This document shows, one piece after another, positions 25,886-37,768 of a stretch of 64,000 nucleotides of DNA (within the stretch, counting starts at the first letter, position 1; each line of letters begins with the position of its first letter). The notes under the pieces are model-generated. The model was not told where the DNA came from, made no database searches, and worked only from the letters and a program-made list of their open reading frames with translations. The DNA comes from Octopus sinensis (Eukaryota). The translations under genes and the position numbers were made by a program. Location of the stretch: the NCBI RefSeq assembly GCF_006345805.1, contig NC_043004.1:95418001-95482000 (forward strand), written 5' to 3'.

Positions 25886-26673
25886 TTTTAATGAAATGAA
25901 TGTGGGAATAGGATCACTACAGATTAAGGTGTAGCTACACCTTAATGAGCGGTTTTCGTATACAAAGGATGGAGAAATGATAGCTGATAGGAGAATGAGG
26001 TAGACTTATAATTGATGGTATCATTAGATTGTATTTGGAGAGAGGAGTTGATAGGGAAGAGGGATGCTGTAAATTTGAGGCTTAGTAGAAAGCGTATTTT
26101 GAGAAGTTGAAACTTGTGTATATCCAACAGGGTTTGTAAACGCTTGAAGGAGTTTGTCTGGTGATTCTGTGCAAGAAAATATCTTTCAACATTACAATTT
26201 CCAAGCTTTCTAACAGGTTCAAGTTGCATCGTTTTCCACTTCGAGAATGGGAGCTAGCTCTGAAAACTGACTTTCTTCTGGGGGATGCAAAATACGGACT
26301 TGGTTTTATTTTATAGGTGGTAAACGCGGTTATGTCTTTTAGATCATCAATAGCTATAGTCAAAGAGATTTGATAAGATCTGTTGGAGTTATTTTAAAAG
26401 AGTAATTGCGACAGTGAAATCGTTTCTTAAAAAAAATCACTTTCTATATAAACCAAACTACCACCACCAACTTTGTCATTTTCAACGCTGCTTCTTTCAC
26501 AGCTGTAACCCACAACCTCTCATCTACAATCCTATATCTGTATATAACTACTTTGTGTATATAACAAGCTGTGATCACAACCCTAAACAGTCAATGTCCT
26601 TCACTGAAACAGAATGTGTTTTATAGGACACATTCTTGTGGTTAAAACATACACACACGCACGCACACACATA

Positions 26674-26708
<35 letters not shown>

Positions 26709-27307
26709 GCACACACACACACATTTATATATAGAGAGAAAGATTAATGGATATATATACACACACCATACGTCCGTGAATAGAAACAGCTGCTGTATAT
26801 GTATATATATATATATATAAATGTGTGTGTATATGTATGTGTGTGCCCCTGTGTGTGTGTGTGTTTATGTGTGTATGCACATCCTTAGATATGTCTGCTA
26901 ATATGTGTACCGGTATATACAAAAATACACACAACATATATATGAATTTATGTATATATATATTTATATATAAAAGCGTACCATGTGTGTAATTGTGTGT
27001 GCCGCATACATATAAAATAGAAGTTTGAGAAATGTTTTCTGTCTGCTGCTTGTCACCTGGATATGAATGTGTAACAGTTCAGAGATTTGCTCTTGTCCTT
27101 TTTTCAATTTGCTAGCTATATATTTATTTATTTATTTACGAACTGATTCAATGTGCATTTAATTAAGATATGATACGCTACTATTTTGTACATTTCTTCC
27201 AATGTAGGACAGAGTGTTTATATATTAGGAAAAAATTATGTATAACTAGGTACATTTATATTTAAGGCGTAAATGTTCATGAGAATAATGCTTGTACAAT
27301 ATATATA

Positions 27308-27358
<51 letters not shown>

Positions 27359-27409
27359 ATATGCATGTATCTGTATGTATACATGTATGTATGTGTGTGT
27401 ATACACGGT

Positions 27410-27478
<69 letters not shown>

Positions 27479-27482
27479 GAGG

Positions 27483-27534
<52 letters not shown>

Positions 27535-27536
27535 GG

Positions 27537-27587
<51 letters not shown>

Positions 27588-27612
27588 GTAGATAGATAGA
27601 TAGATAGAGAGG

Positions 27613-27656
<44 letters not shown>

Positions 27657-27660
27657 GAGG

Positions 27661-27716
<56 letters not shown>

Positions 27717-27725
27717 CCGACAGAC

Positions 27726-27764
<39 letters not shown>

Positions 27765-27768
27765 GAGG

Positions 27769-27799
<31 letters not shown>

Positions 27800-27800
27800 G

Positions 27801-27872
<72 letters not shown>

Positions 27873-27881
27873 CCGACAGAC

Positions 27882-27920
<39 letters not shown>

Positions 27921-27924
27921 GAGG

Positions 27925-27956
<32 letters not shown>

Positions 27957-27982
27957 GAGGTAGATAGATAGATAGATAGATA
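27410..27982. repeat. Compound (GATA)n array, left flank of the Tx1 LINE
   Basis: GATA units with recurrent variants GAGAGGTA and GACCGACAGACA. Confidence 0.95.
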
Positions 27983-30950
27983 ACTTTCTTTTATTAGCCA
28001 CACAGGGCTGAATACAGAGGGGACAAATACAAATGCAGAGCTTTTCTTTTCGAGGGTGGAAAAAAATAAAAAATGTAAGATTGCGATCAAAAGGGATCGA
28101 GAGGAGGAAAAAAAAAAAAAAAAAAAAAAAAAAAGGAAAAAAGGAAAATCGTGTATCACAGAAATAATGGTGTAAACATTGATATAACAAGATTGGGTTC
28201 ATCCGTGGGAAGAAAAGCCTACAGAAAAGACCACGGGAACCCCAGTCAGGGAGGAAATAAACACATGAGGTCAAAAATGCTCTCTTTCTTTCTTTTTTAC
28301 GATCTACAGGATCATGCTCAAAATGGTTTCGTTACTAGCACGCACCATCTTTGCAACATTCACCCATCTTTTTTTGAATCTTTCGCGAGACAAAACTTCC
28401 CTCTCCATTCTCACCTTCCTTTTCAAGTGGTACTTGAAAAAGTTGATGAGCGATTGGCCAGAGAGGTAAGTGTTTGTCTCTAATCCTTTCGCTCGAGTCC
28501 ACCACACACATTCTTTCACCATGGCCACCAGTACGATGAAAACTGCCTTGCCTTCCGGTTGAGGGAAGGGGGCGGAGCAATTCTCACGATAGACTCGGCC
28601 GATAGGCGGATTCGTCCCACACGTGACAGCAGCCGTTCGGCATAAGCCCACAGGTCGGAAATGGTTGGACATTGCACGAGTGCGTGCAGAACGGTTTCGT
28701 CGCTCTGACCGCATCTCGGGCAAGTCGGTCCAGTGTGTCTGGAACCGTGTCTGTAGAGCTTATCCCGAACAGGTAATGCTTCTCGATAGCACTGCCAGGC
28801 CAGGGATCTTTGGTGATTGTTCATAGGTCCCGGCCCGAAAGTTGTCCTGAACAGGCGGGTCAGGTGTTCCTCGTCGACGCCCAGACTCTGCCCGAGTTCG
28901 TCGTCGCACCTCCCCTCCACTAATCCTCTATAGAATGCCTTTGTTGTGATGGAGTCGCACAAGTTCGATCCCGGACGGCAGAGTTGCTTGAGAGCAACGC
29001 GACACTCGCGGTGCCATTCGCCTAGCCTCGGTCTCTGCTTGATCCATGACTGTAGTTCGTCCAAGGAGACGAGCTGCGGGAAAGCGCGCCGCACAAAAGG
29101 CGACCACCCCTGTTCACCGTTGTCTATGAAGCGCCGGAGATGTCGCAGTCTCAGCGCATGTCTGCGCATCATCAACCACGGCATGCCCAGCCCTCCATTT
29201 AGCGGGTGTTGGCAGCAAATGGATCGCCTAACCATCGGAACGTTTCCCTTCCACAAGAAGCGGAAGAGTATGCGTTCCAGTTTGGTGATGGTAGGGTCGG
29301 GACAAGGCACGACGGTCAGACGATACTCGATGACGGATGCGATGTACGCGTTCGCCACCTCCGCCCGACCTTTTAGGGATAGCTTTCTCTCAGTCCATTT
29401 CTGGGTGAGAGTAGCCACCCTAGTCGTTATCTCGCCCCAGTTCTTCTCCATTTGGAGGTCCGGACCGAACCAGACCCCGAGCAATTTAATCGGTCCGTCC
29501 GTCCAGCGTCCCACGATGGAGACGCTGTTGGACGGCATGGGCTTGCTTCTCCAGGTGCCGAGCCGCAAGCCCACTGACTTTTCCCGGTTAATTTTTGCTC
29601 CCGTTACCGCTTCGTATTCTTTCAGTGTCTCGCCGACCAGCTCGATGTGCTCGTAGCTCGACACTATGACGGTGACGTCATCCGCGTATGCAGACACGCT
29701 CCTCCCGCATCCCAGCTCTCGTGGGATGCCCCTCAGCGTCGCCAGTTTCCGCAGTAGTGGCTCAAGAGTCAGTACATACAGCAGCGATGAGAGGGGGCAT
29801 CCCTGACGAACCGAACGCATGATGTTAAAAGGTCTGGATAGATGACCATTTACGCGAACTACTGAGCGGATGCCGCTGTATAAGGCAGCGATCCAACCGC
29901 GGAAAACTGGACCGAAACCAGCCGCTTTGAGGACAGCCTCCAAGTAGTGATGGTCTACCCTATCGAAGGCTTTTGATTGATCCAAATTGATCAGCGCCCC
30001 ACCCATGCCAGGATTTTTAACTACCCTGTCTATGATGTAGCGCATCAGGTGGAGGTTGTCATGAATACTTCTACCCGGCACGCGCATGTTTGCGCCTTGT
30101 CGATTAGTTTCTTGATGACAAGCGCCAACCTCTCGGCTAACACCTTGGCCAAAATTTTCAAATCTGCGTTGAGCAGAGTGATGGGCCTGAAATTATCTAT
30201 GACGTCCCCCTTGTTTGGGTCTTTCTTGATCAGTGCCACTGCTCCTCGCTTTACAAAAGCAGGAATACTCCCGTTCTGCTGCCAGTTGCAGTAGACAGCT
30301 GCCAAGACGCCTCCAAACAAGTCTGGCATATGAAAATAAAATTCGTAGGGCAGACCATCCAAGCCTGGTGACTTGTCTCTCGCGCAGCCTACCATCGCAT
30401 CCTGTACATCCGCAGCTGTGATAGGCTTTTCACAAGACTCCACCTCCCTTGCTGAGAGTCGTGGCAAGGCATGCAGGTAGGCACTAAAGTCCACTCTGCT
30501 TTCTGACTCACCACTTGTCCCAAACAGTTGGGTGAAGTGTTGTTGAAAAACCCCACACATCCTTTTAGGCTCGAGCAATTCGCGCCCCTGTTCATCTATA
30601 AGAGACTTGATGGTGGCTCTGTTGCCTCGTTGCGTCTCCACCACTCGGGCCTCTTGGGCGGCTCCAACTCCTTCGTTCCTCAGAGCACGCATCCTAGCTC
30701 TGACAACGCATCCCTCGTGTTTGGCGTTGAGGTGTTGGTCGAGGGCCAATCTCGCCGCCAGTACGTTGGACGCGATGCCAGTTCTAAGTGCCTCTTCTAA
30801 AACCTTAACTAATTCTCCCTCTATTCTATTTCGGTCTAATGCTAGGGCTCTACTGTATCTGACTGATTCTGCTTTAATCGCTTTTTTTAGGGCATACCAC
30901 CATCTGTTGTTGATGATGGTACCCGTCAAAGCTCTCTTAACTAATGTGCT
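27983..30950 (-). mobile_element. Young 5'-truncated Tx1/L1-clade LINE (ORF2 lacking the endonuclease, plus 3' UTR)
   Basis: Motifs [39 protein letters not shown] (29677-29688) and C-terminal CPRCGQSDETVLHALVQC. Stop at 28304. The 3' UTR ends ...GGCTAATAAAAGAAAGT. Confidence 0.93.
28304..30929 (-). pseudogene. LINE ORF2 reverse transcriptase with two single-base frameshifts
   Basis: Three overlapping ORFs join with 1-nt losses at about 30085 ([15 protein letters not shown]) and about 28555 (LNR/EGKAVF). There are no in-frame stops otherwise. Confidence 0.88.
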
Positions 30951-31040
<90 letters not shown>

Positions 31041-31049
31041 CCGACAGAC

Positions 31050-31124
<75 letters not shown>

Positions 31125-31132
31125 CGACAGAC

Positions 31133-31203
<71 letters not shown>

Positions 31204-31207
31204 GAGG

Positions 31208-31260
<53 letters not shown>
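30951..31260. repeat. Compound (GATA)n array, right flank of the Tx1 LINE
   Basis: Same variant units (GACCGACAGACA, GAGAGGTA) as the left array. Confidence 0.95.
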
Positions 31261-31524
31261 TCTTTAACTGGTTTTAGTCTTTTAACTCTAGCTAAACAAG
31301 TACACCATCTTCAAGCAGTTTAGTTGATCATATTGAAAACCAGGGAGAATATTTCAGCTTGTTTTTTATTTTGTCACTGTCTTATTCTTTTATCTGCTGG
31401 GTTACTGGACGTACGTACGAACGTATGCATGTATGTATGTATGTATGTATGTATGTATGTATGTATGTATGTATGTATGTATGTATGTATGTATGTATGT
31501 ATGTATGTATGTATGTGTGAATGT

Positions 31525-32525
31525 ATGTGGGCAATTACGCAGATAAACAAATTAGATATATTAAATATAACAGTTTGGGTATGAAATACAAAATATGTAT
31601 ATTAGGCGGTGCTCCAGCATGGCTGCAGTCAAATAATTGAAACAAGTAAAAGTAAAAGAATGTATACATGCAAAACAAGAGAAAGCAAAGAGTGAAGGCT
31701 TTCAGACGATGAATATTTAAGAATAAATATATAGATATTTATATTAGTAGGTGCAACTTAGAGTGCAAACGACAGAGAATATTAAAAGGGGGGAAGAGAG
31801 GTGTTATAAGTCCAACAGCTGTTTCAGGAGGCTCGAAGATCCATCCATCATGCTGTTGGTAGATATTGTTCAACACAATTTGCGGCCTCAGTGTCCCCAG
31901 AAACAGCTGTTAGATTCATAACTCATTTCTCCGGCTCCCCGCTTTAATTTTCTCTGTCGTTTATACTCTGTGTAAGCCGAATCTATTGATATGAATATAT
32001 ATATACCTCTATACTTAAATATTAATCATCATAAAGTCTTCACTTTTTGCTTTCTCTCTTTTTGCGTGTATACATACTCTTTTACTCTTTTACTTGTTTC
32101 AGTCATCTGACTGTGGCCATGCTGGAGCACCGCCTTTAGTCGAGCAAATCGACCCCAGGACTTATTTTTTTGTAAGCCTAGTACTTATTCTATCGGTCTC
32201 TTTTGCCGAACCGCTAAGTTTCGGGGACGTTAACACACCAGCATCGGTTGTCAAGCGATGTTGGGGTAGGGGGGACAAACACAACACACAAACGTACACA
32301 CATATATATATACATATATACGACGGGCTTCTTTCAGTTTCCGTCTACCAAATCCACTCACAAGGCTTTGGTCGGCCCGAAGCTATAGTAGAAGACACTT
32401 GCCCAAGGTGCCACGCAGTGGGACTCAACCCGGAACCATGTGGTTCGTAAGCAATACATACTTTGTATTTCGTATCCAAACTCTTATATTTAATATATCT
32501 AATTTGTTTATCCGCATAATTTCCT
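31525..32525. repeat. Diverged long inverted repeat (foldback) that includes SINE A sequence in both arms
   Basis: 31525-31604 matches the reverse complement of 32452-32525, and 31660-31830 matches that of 31895-32070. A SINE A tail lies at 31605-31660 and a 5'-clipped SINE A at 32071-32452 (minus). Confidence 0.85.
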
Positions 32526-33426
32526 CTATGTCTGTTCAACTTGATCCCTCTTAAAGCCATTCTTTACCCTTTGGAATTAAAACCCTGTAAAGACATCGGA
32601 GTCTAAGTTTAAATCATTTTAACACTACTGTCTTCTATACTGAGAATCTCTCGATTTCATCTGTTGAGTATGTATGTATGTATGTATGTATGTATGTATG
32701 TATGTATGTATGTATGTATGCATGAATATATATATAATTGGGAGAGGAAAAAAGAGAGAATAAAATTCAAAGTGAGATACGGAAATGATAGAAAATGATA
32801 GTTAAATTGGAAAATCCTTCGTCAGCCATGGGGAACAGAATCAGCATAGTTTTGGTATGGAAGTCTAAAGACTTTAATCCCAAGATACTATTCATCTGAC
32901 TGTGCCAGATGTAAATATCACTAAGGTGATGCACAATACTAACAAAACAATACTAAAACAGGACTAACACTGGGGAAAGTATACAAGTGAAAGAGAAAAT
33001 AACGGAATGACACGCAATATAATTCAACATTAAAAAAAGATTGAAGCTTTCTGATTGGACACGAAAACAATAAACTCACCAAAAGCATATTAGCACGAAG
33101 AAAAATACAAAAAAAAAGTAACTTTCGTCGCAATTCAAACATGAAGGATGGACATGAATTTGAAGACATGAAACCTTTGAGATTCTCTCTCTTTATCTTT
33201 CCTCCCTCTATCCATCCATCTCTCTCTCTCTCTCTCTCTCTCTTTGTTTTTCTCGCTTGTTGTCACTAGCATTTACACTCTCTTTCTCGTTCTCATCTCT
33301 CTCTCTTTTTTCCGTTTCCCTTGTTTTCCTTGCTTTCATTGACACTCCTTTTTCTCTCTCGCGTTGTACGTTCTTTTTTGTCCCTTTCTCACGTTTCCTC
33401 TCTTTAGCTATTTTTGCACCCTGCAG

Positions 33427-34330
33427 CTACTTTTGGGCCGTTCTCAATACTTCTTTCCTTCAACTTGGAAACCGTATCATAATGGGCTATCGAACGAAGC
33501 GCGGCTGCAAGTCATGGTGGAATGCAGAAGACTAAGATACCTATTTCTTTACTACCCACAAGGGGCTAAACACAGAGAGCACAAACAAGGACAGACAAAC
33601 GGATTAAGTCGATTATATCGACCCCAGTGCGTAACTGGTACTTAATTTATCGACCCCGAAAGGATGAAAAGCAAAGTTGACCTCGGCGGAATTTGAACTC
33701 AGAACGTAACGGCAAATGAAATACCTATTTCTTTACTACCCACAAGGGGCTAAAACACAGAGGGCATAAACAAGGACAGACAAACGGATTAAGTCGATTA
33801 TATCGACCCCAGTACGAAACTGATACTTTATCTATCGACCCCGAAAGGATGAAAGGCAAAGTCGACCTCGGCGGAATTTGAACTCAGAACGTAACGGCAA
33901 ATGAAATACCTATTTCTTTACTACCCACAAGGGGCTAAACACAGAGGGGACAAACAAGGACAGACAAACGGATTAAGTCGATTATATCGACCCCAGTACG
34001 AAACTGATACTTTATCTATCGACCCCGAAAGGATGAAAGGCAAAGTCGACCTCGGCGGAATTTGAACTCAGAACGTAACGGCTACGCATTTTGCCCGACG
34101 CGCTAACGTTTCCGCCATACCACACATGTGGGAGCATCAACCCTGTGAAATCCCTCTGCCAACAATATCGGGAGCCGGGAAAGGACTTGCATTGCTGCCA
34201 AAAACCACAGTCATAGAAACAACTACACCAACAACATTAGCAATAGAAATATCACTACCAACTTATACAACAACTGCAGCAACTCCAATAGCGAGAACGC
34301 AGCATCAGAATATAGCCCTAACACCATAGC
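33427..34330 (+). pseudogene. Second decayed ORF1/gag-like relic, with its zinc knuckle split by a SINE B array
   Basis: Removing the SINE (TSD ATACC) gives ARLQVMVECRRLR-YHTCGSINPVKSLC, which is CX2CX4HX4C with TAC for TGC and CCT for CAT. A T/P-rich region follows. Confidence 0.5.
33542..34116 (-). mobile_element. Tandem trimer of SINE B (one head, three body+tail units of about 184-185 bp)
   Basis: Tail-to-body junctions AAAGAAATA|GGTATTTC at 33725/33726 and 33910/33911. Confidence 0.92.
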
Positions 34331-34731
34331 ATCAGCGGCGTGAATTTCATATTTCAGTATGGACGAATGATCAACGCAGGGCTAACGAAAATTGAAATGT
34401 GCTAGAGGAGATCAAAATTGATTTTCACGTCATAATGACTCATGAACCCCAGAGAGCCATATGGGAACTCTACCCCGTAGAGGGCACCGAGACAAAGGGT
34501 ATGAGATTAATAATGCAGAGAAGAAAAGTTGAAGTTGCTGCACTTGTAGTGAAAAATCGCCTCAGCACCGAATGCTCTGAAGGACCGGAAAGATTAAAGA
34601 AAAGAAAAGAAGAAAAACGAAAATAATGAAGAAAACTGAGACAACAAACCCTAGTGTCCTGGACACGATCACCTAAAACACTGGAAAAGGCTAATGAAAT
34701 TCCTTTATGCCTAGTATTAGAAGTAGGTGAA

Positions 34732-35062
34732 GGCGCGTGGCTCAGTGGTTAGAACGTCGAGCTTACGATCGTGAGGTTGTGAGCTCGAATCCTGGACCGG
34801 GCTGCGTGTTGTGTTCTTGAGCAAGACACTTTATTTCATGTAGCTCCAGTTCACTCAGCTGTAGAAATGAGTTGCGACGTCACAGGTGCCAAGATGTATC
34901 TAGTGTTGCTTTTCCCTTGGACAACATCGGTGACGTGGAGAGGGGAGACCGGTATGCATGGGCGACTGCTGGTCTTCCATAAAACAACCTTGCCCAGACT
35001 TGTGCCTCAGAGGGTAACTCTCTAGGTGCAAACCCATGGTCAGTGTCTGACCGAAGGGGGTC
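34732..35062 (+). mobile_element. SINE family C variant with TSD
   Basis: GGCGCGTGGCTCAGTGGTTAG head. TSD AGAAGTAGGTGAA on both sides. Confidence 0.85.
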
Positions 35063-35388
35063 AAAAAAAACCCAAGAAGTAGGTGAATAAATGCTTAGCC
35101 GTCCAACAGTATTAACAAGTAGTACCATCATCATGCGGTGAGAAAGAAAGAAATGTTACTGATGGAATGGTACTATCGGTGAAATTAGGAAGGTATAAAA
35201 AGAGAAAAAAATATGCCTGGTAAAATGAAGACTTAACATAAAACAACGAAAACGGGTGAGAAGGAATAATTTCTTCTAAAGAACAATAACAACCTTTCAT
35301 AGGAAAATAATGAAGGAACTGAAGAGGTCGAAAAAGAATTTTCACCGCTCTTCGAAAATTCAACACAGCCAATAGACAAAATTAATAA

Positions 35389-35550
35389 AAGAAAATAAAT
35401 GCGCCCTTTTAAAGCCTAGCCAGGCTCATAGGCCCGGTTTCCGGTTTCAATGGCGTATGTGTTCCCCCCAGCTAGACGAGACGCCAGTCCATAGTAGCAT
35501 TGCTCATTTTTGCCAGCTGAGTGGACTAATCAGTAAGCCACGCACCTCCA
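35389..35550 (-). mobile_element. Internally deleted SINE (further family) with TSD
   Basis: Flanked by CAATAGACAAAATTA twice. Contains CTCATTTTTGCCAGCTGAGTGGACT, which is shared with family C. Confidence 0.6.
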
Positions 35551-35589
35551 CAATAGACAAAATTACGCCTCTGTAAATCAGTCAGAAAT

Positions 35590-36400
35590 ACCTTCTTTGT
35601 TTGAGGCATTTAATAGCTTAGGCTGAATTGCACCTCCATAGCAGCCTTGCCACATTTGAGCGCTTTAATCACCCCTGTGACTTCAGCATCTGTGAGATTA
35701 GTCTTCACCCCAAGATCTACTTCTTGTCCACCAGAAGATTTTATTGCGACTGGATTTAGGACATTAGCAAATTATTCTCTTTGCCTCCAAAAGATGCCCT
35801 TCGCTGAAGAGGGAAGAAACCTAGACGAGTTCCTAATGGCCGGTGAGGAAGAGGGCTTCCTGTTATGAAGTTGCGGATGGTCATCCAGAATACTTTATTG
35901 GCTGATCCAAAGTCAGAGTTCAGCTTAACCTCAAAGTCCTCTCGTAACAAAATGAACAATTTTACTGTCTCTGCTGCAACTTTTTGCACCTGAGTGTATC
36001 GCACGCGTAAAAGGAGAGACTTGTTTCGAATCCAAGATTTGTAAGCCTACTGCTTTGCTCGAGGCATCTTTAATTCCTGGTTAAACTAGAGCGTTTTTTT
36101 TTTTTCCACTTGGCGCTATACCATGTCAACTTCATCCACAGCATTGTAGCGCTAAAAGAGAAACTGCCAAACAGAACCGTTTCCACTCCATTTTAACATC
36201 CTCACTTTGTTCAAGGCCCCGGAATCTGGATGCAATAGAGTCTGCATATTTGTTTCTGATCCCATCATTCACTACAGCTTTCCAATTTATCCTGTAAGCC
36301 GCACACAACTTACAGGTTTTGTGAGATCCCCTTGCTATAGACAGTATCAGATTGCAGACAGCTAGGCAGTTATCAATTGGAAGCTTAACCACTCTCTTAA
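35590..36400 (-). mobile_element. RTE-clade LINE fragment (post-endonuclease to RT start)
   Basis: Translates RINWKAVVNDGIRNKYADSIASRF..EDVKMEWKRF, KLNSDFGSANKVFWMTIR and VIKALKCGKAA. Confidence 0.75.
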
Positions 36401-36439
36401 CACAAACTTCAGCACAGAATCATTTCTGTTTTTGTACCT

Positions 36440-36780
36440 ATTCTCACCTATGGTCGTGTATATTGAGTAATGTCTGAAAAGGTATGATCGCAAACACAAG
36501 CTGCCGGAATGGAATACCTCAGAAGGATCTCTGAAATAATATAATTTGACAGGATGCGTAGTTCGGAGATCAAGAATCCTCTTCTGGTTGAGCCGCTACT
36601 TCTCTTCACTGAGAGGTCACGGCTCCGGTACAATGGACATTGGATTAGAACGTCGCAGGAAAGAGCGCAAGGCAGATTCTTCAAGCCGAATCAACGACTT
36701 ACAGAAGACGTAAGGATAGACCAAGAATAAGATGGATAAATAATATTTACAGTCACAGTTGGTTACCAACAAGAATTCAG
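36440..36780 (+). mobile_element. RTE-clade LINE C-terminal fragment, in opposite orientation to the adjacent piece
   Basis: Translates QAAGMEYLRRIS...DRMRSSEIKNPLLVEPLLLFTERSRLRYNGH...RRKDRPRIRW. Confidence 0.8.
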
Positions 36781-36862
36781 TAGGAAAGTGTAATGATAGT
36801 TGCTTCTGTGAGGACCCTATGGAGGAGGTGCCTGAGGATTCTACCTCTACGAGTGAATAATG

Positions 36863-37032
36863 TATTTCTTTACTGCCCACAAGGGGCTAAACATAGAGGG
36901 GACAAACAAGGACAGACAAAGGGATTAAGTCGATTACATCGACCCCAGTTGAAAACTGGTACTTTATTTATCGACCCCGAAAGGATGATCGGCAAAGTCG
37001 ACCTCGGCGGAATTTGAACTCGGAACGTAACG
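36863..37032 (-). mobile_element. SINE B, 5'-truncated
   Basis: Matches the family B body and tail. Confidence 0.85.
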
Positions 37033-37300
37033 AATGGGCGAAGAAACTGGATAGAAGGAAGGAAGGAAGGAAGGAAGGAAGGATGGATGGATGGATGGAT
37101 GGATGGATGGATGGATGGATGGATGGATGGATGGATGGATGATGCAGGTGATGAGAAGTTATAACCGATTTTAGAACAATAACCTTTTGTCTTTTCGTTT
37201 CCTTTTTCTCTTATTTTTTGCTTTAAATATTGTGCATGTTACCGTACTTCCTTGTTTCCGTGGCAGTGTTTTTAATGTAACTATACTGAGAAGTAATATA

Positions 37301-37530
37301 AGACGGCGAGCTGGCAGAAACGTTAGCGCGCCGGGCGAAATGCGTAGCCGTATTTCGTCTGCCGTTACGTTCTGAGTTCAAATTCCGCCGAGGTCGACTT
37401 TACCTTTCATCCTTTCGGGGTCGATAAATTAAGTACCAGCTACGCACTGGGGTCGATGTAATCGACTTAATCCGTTTGTCTGTCCTTGTTTGTTCCCTCT
37501 ATGTTTAGCCCCTTGTGGGTAATAAAGAAA
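37301..37530 (+). mobile_element. SINE B, full length, with TSD TATACTGAGAAGTA
   Basis: Head, body and tail are intact, with the flanking duplication. Confidence 0.9.
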
Positions 37531-37706
37531 CGTATACTGAGAAGTAGTATCGATCGCCACTTCAACATTGGCTATTCCGTAGGAATCGGCATTACTACCA
37601 CTTTAACCCCCAGAAGGACACCTTCTCCAGCTAGTTAATCGATGCAATCTGCACCTGATGTATGTTGCAAGTAGGGGAGCAAACTCCTACCATCTTCAAG
37701 CGAAGA

Positions 37707-37768
37707 CACGACCACCAGACCGTACGGTTTCGAGCCATTTGTACTCATCCTCAGTGATGGATATTCGT
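37707..37768 (-). ncRNA. Type I hammerhead ribozyme with an intact core
   Basis: CCATCA-CTGAGGA-T-GAG(TACAAATGG)CTC-GAAAC-CGTACG-GTC^TGGTGG. Stem I is 6 bp with one G-U pair. Stem III is the palindrome ACCGTACGGT. Predicted cut between 37718 and 37717. Confidence 0.85.

Noticed and set aside
32795-32830. Minus-strand CTGACGA-A-GG(ATTTT)CC
   Set aside because: No GAAA and no stem I partner. Similar incomplete hits near 368, 461, 35790, 60225, 60640 and 61307 were rejected for the same reason.
33542-34116. Regularly spaced direct repeats suggestive of a CRISPR-like array
   Set aside because: The units are whole SINE bodies of about 185 bp with no unique spacers, in a eukaryotic context.
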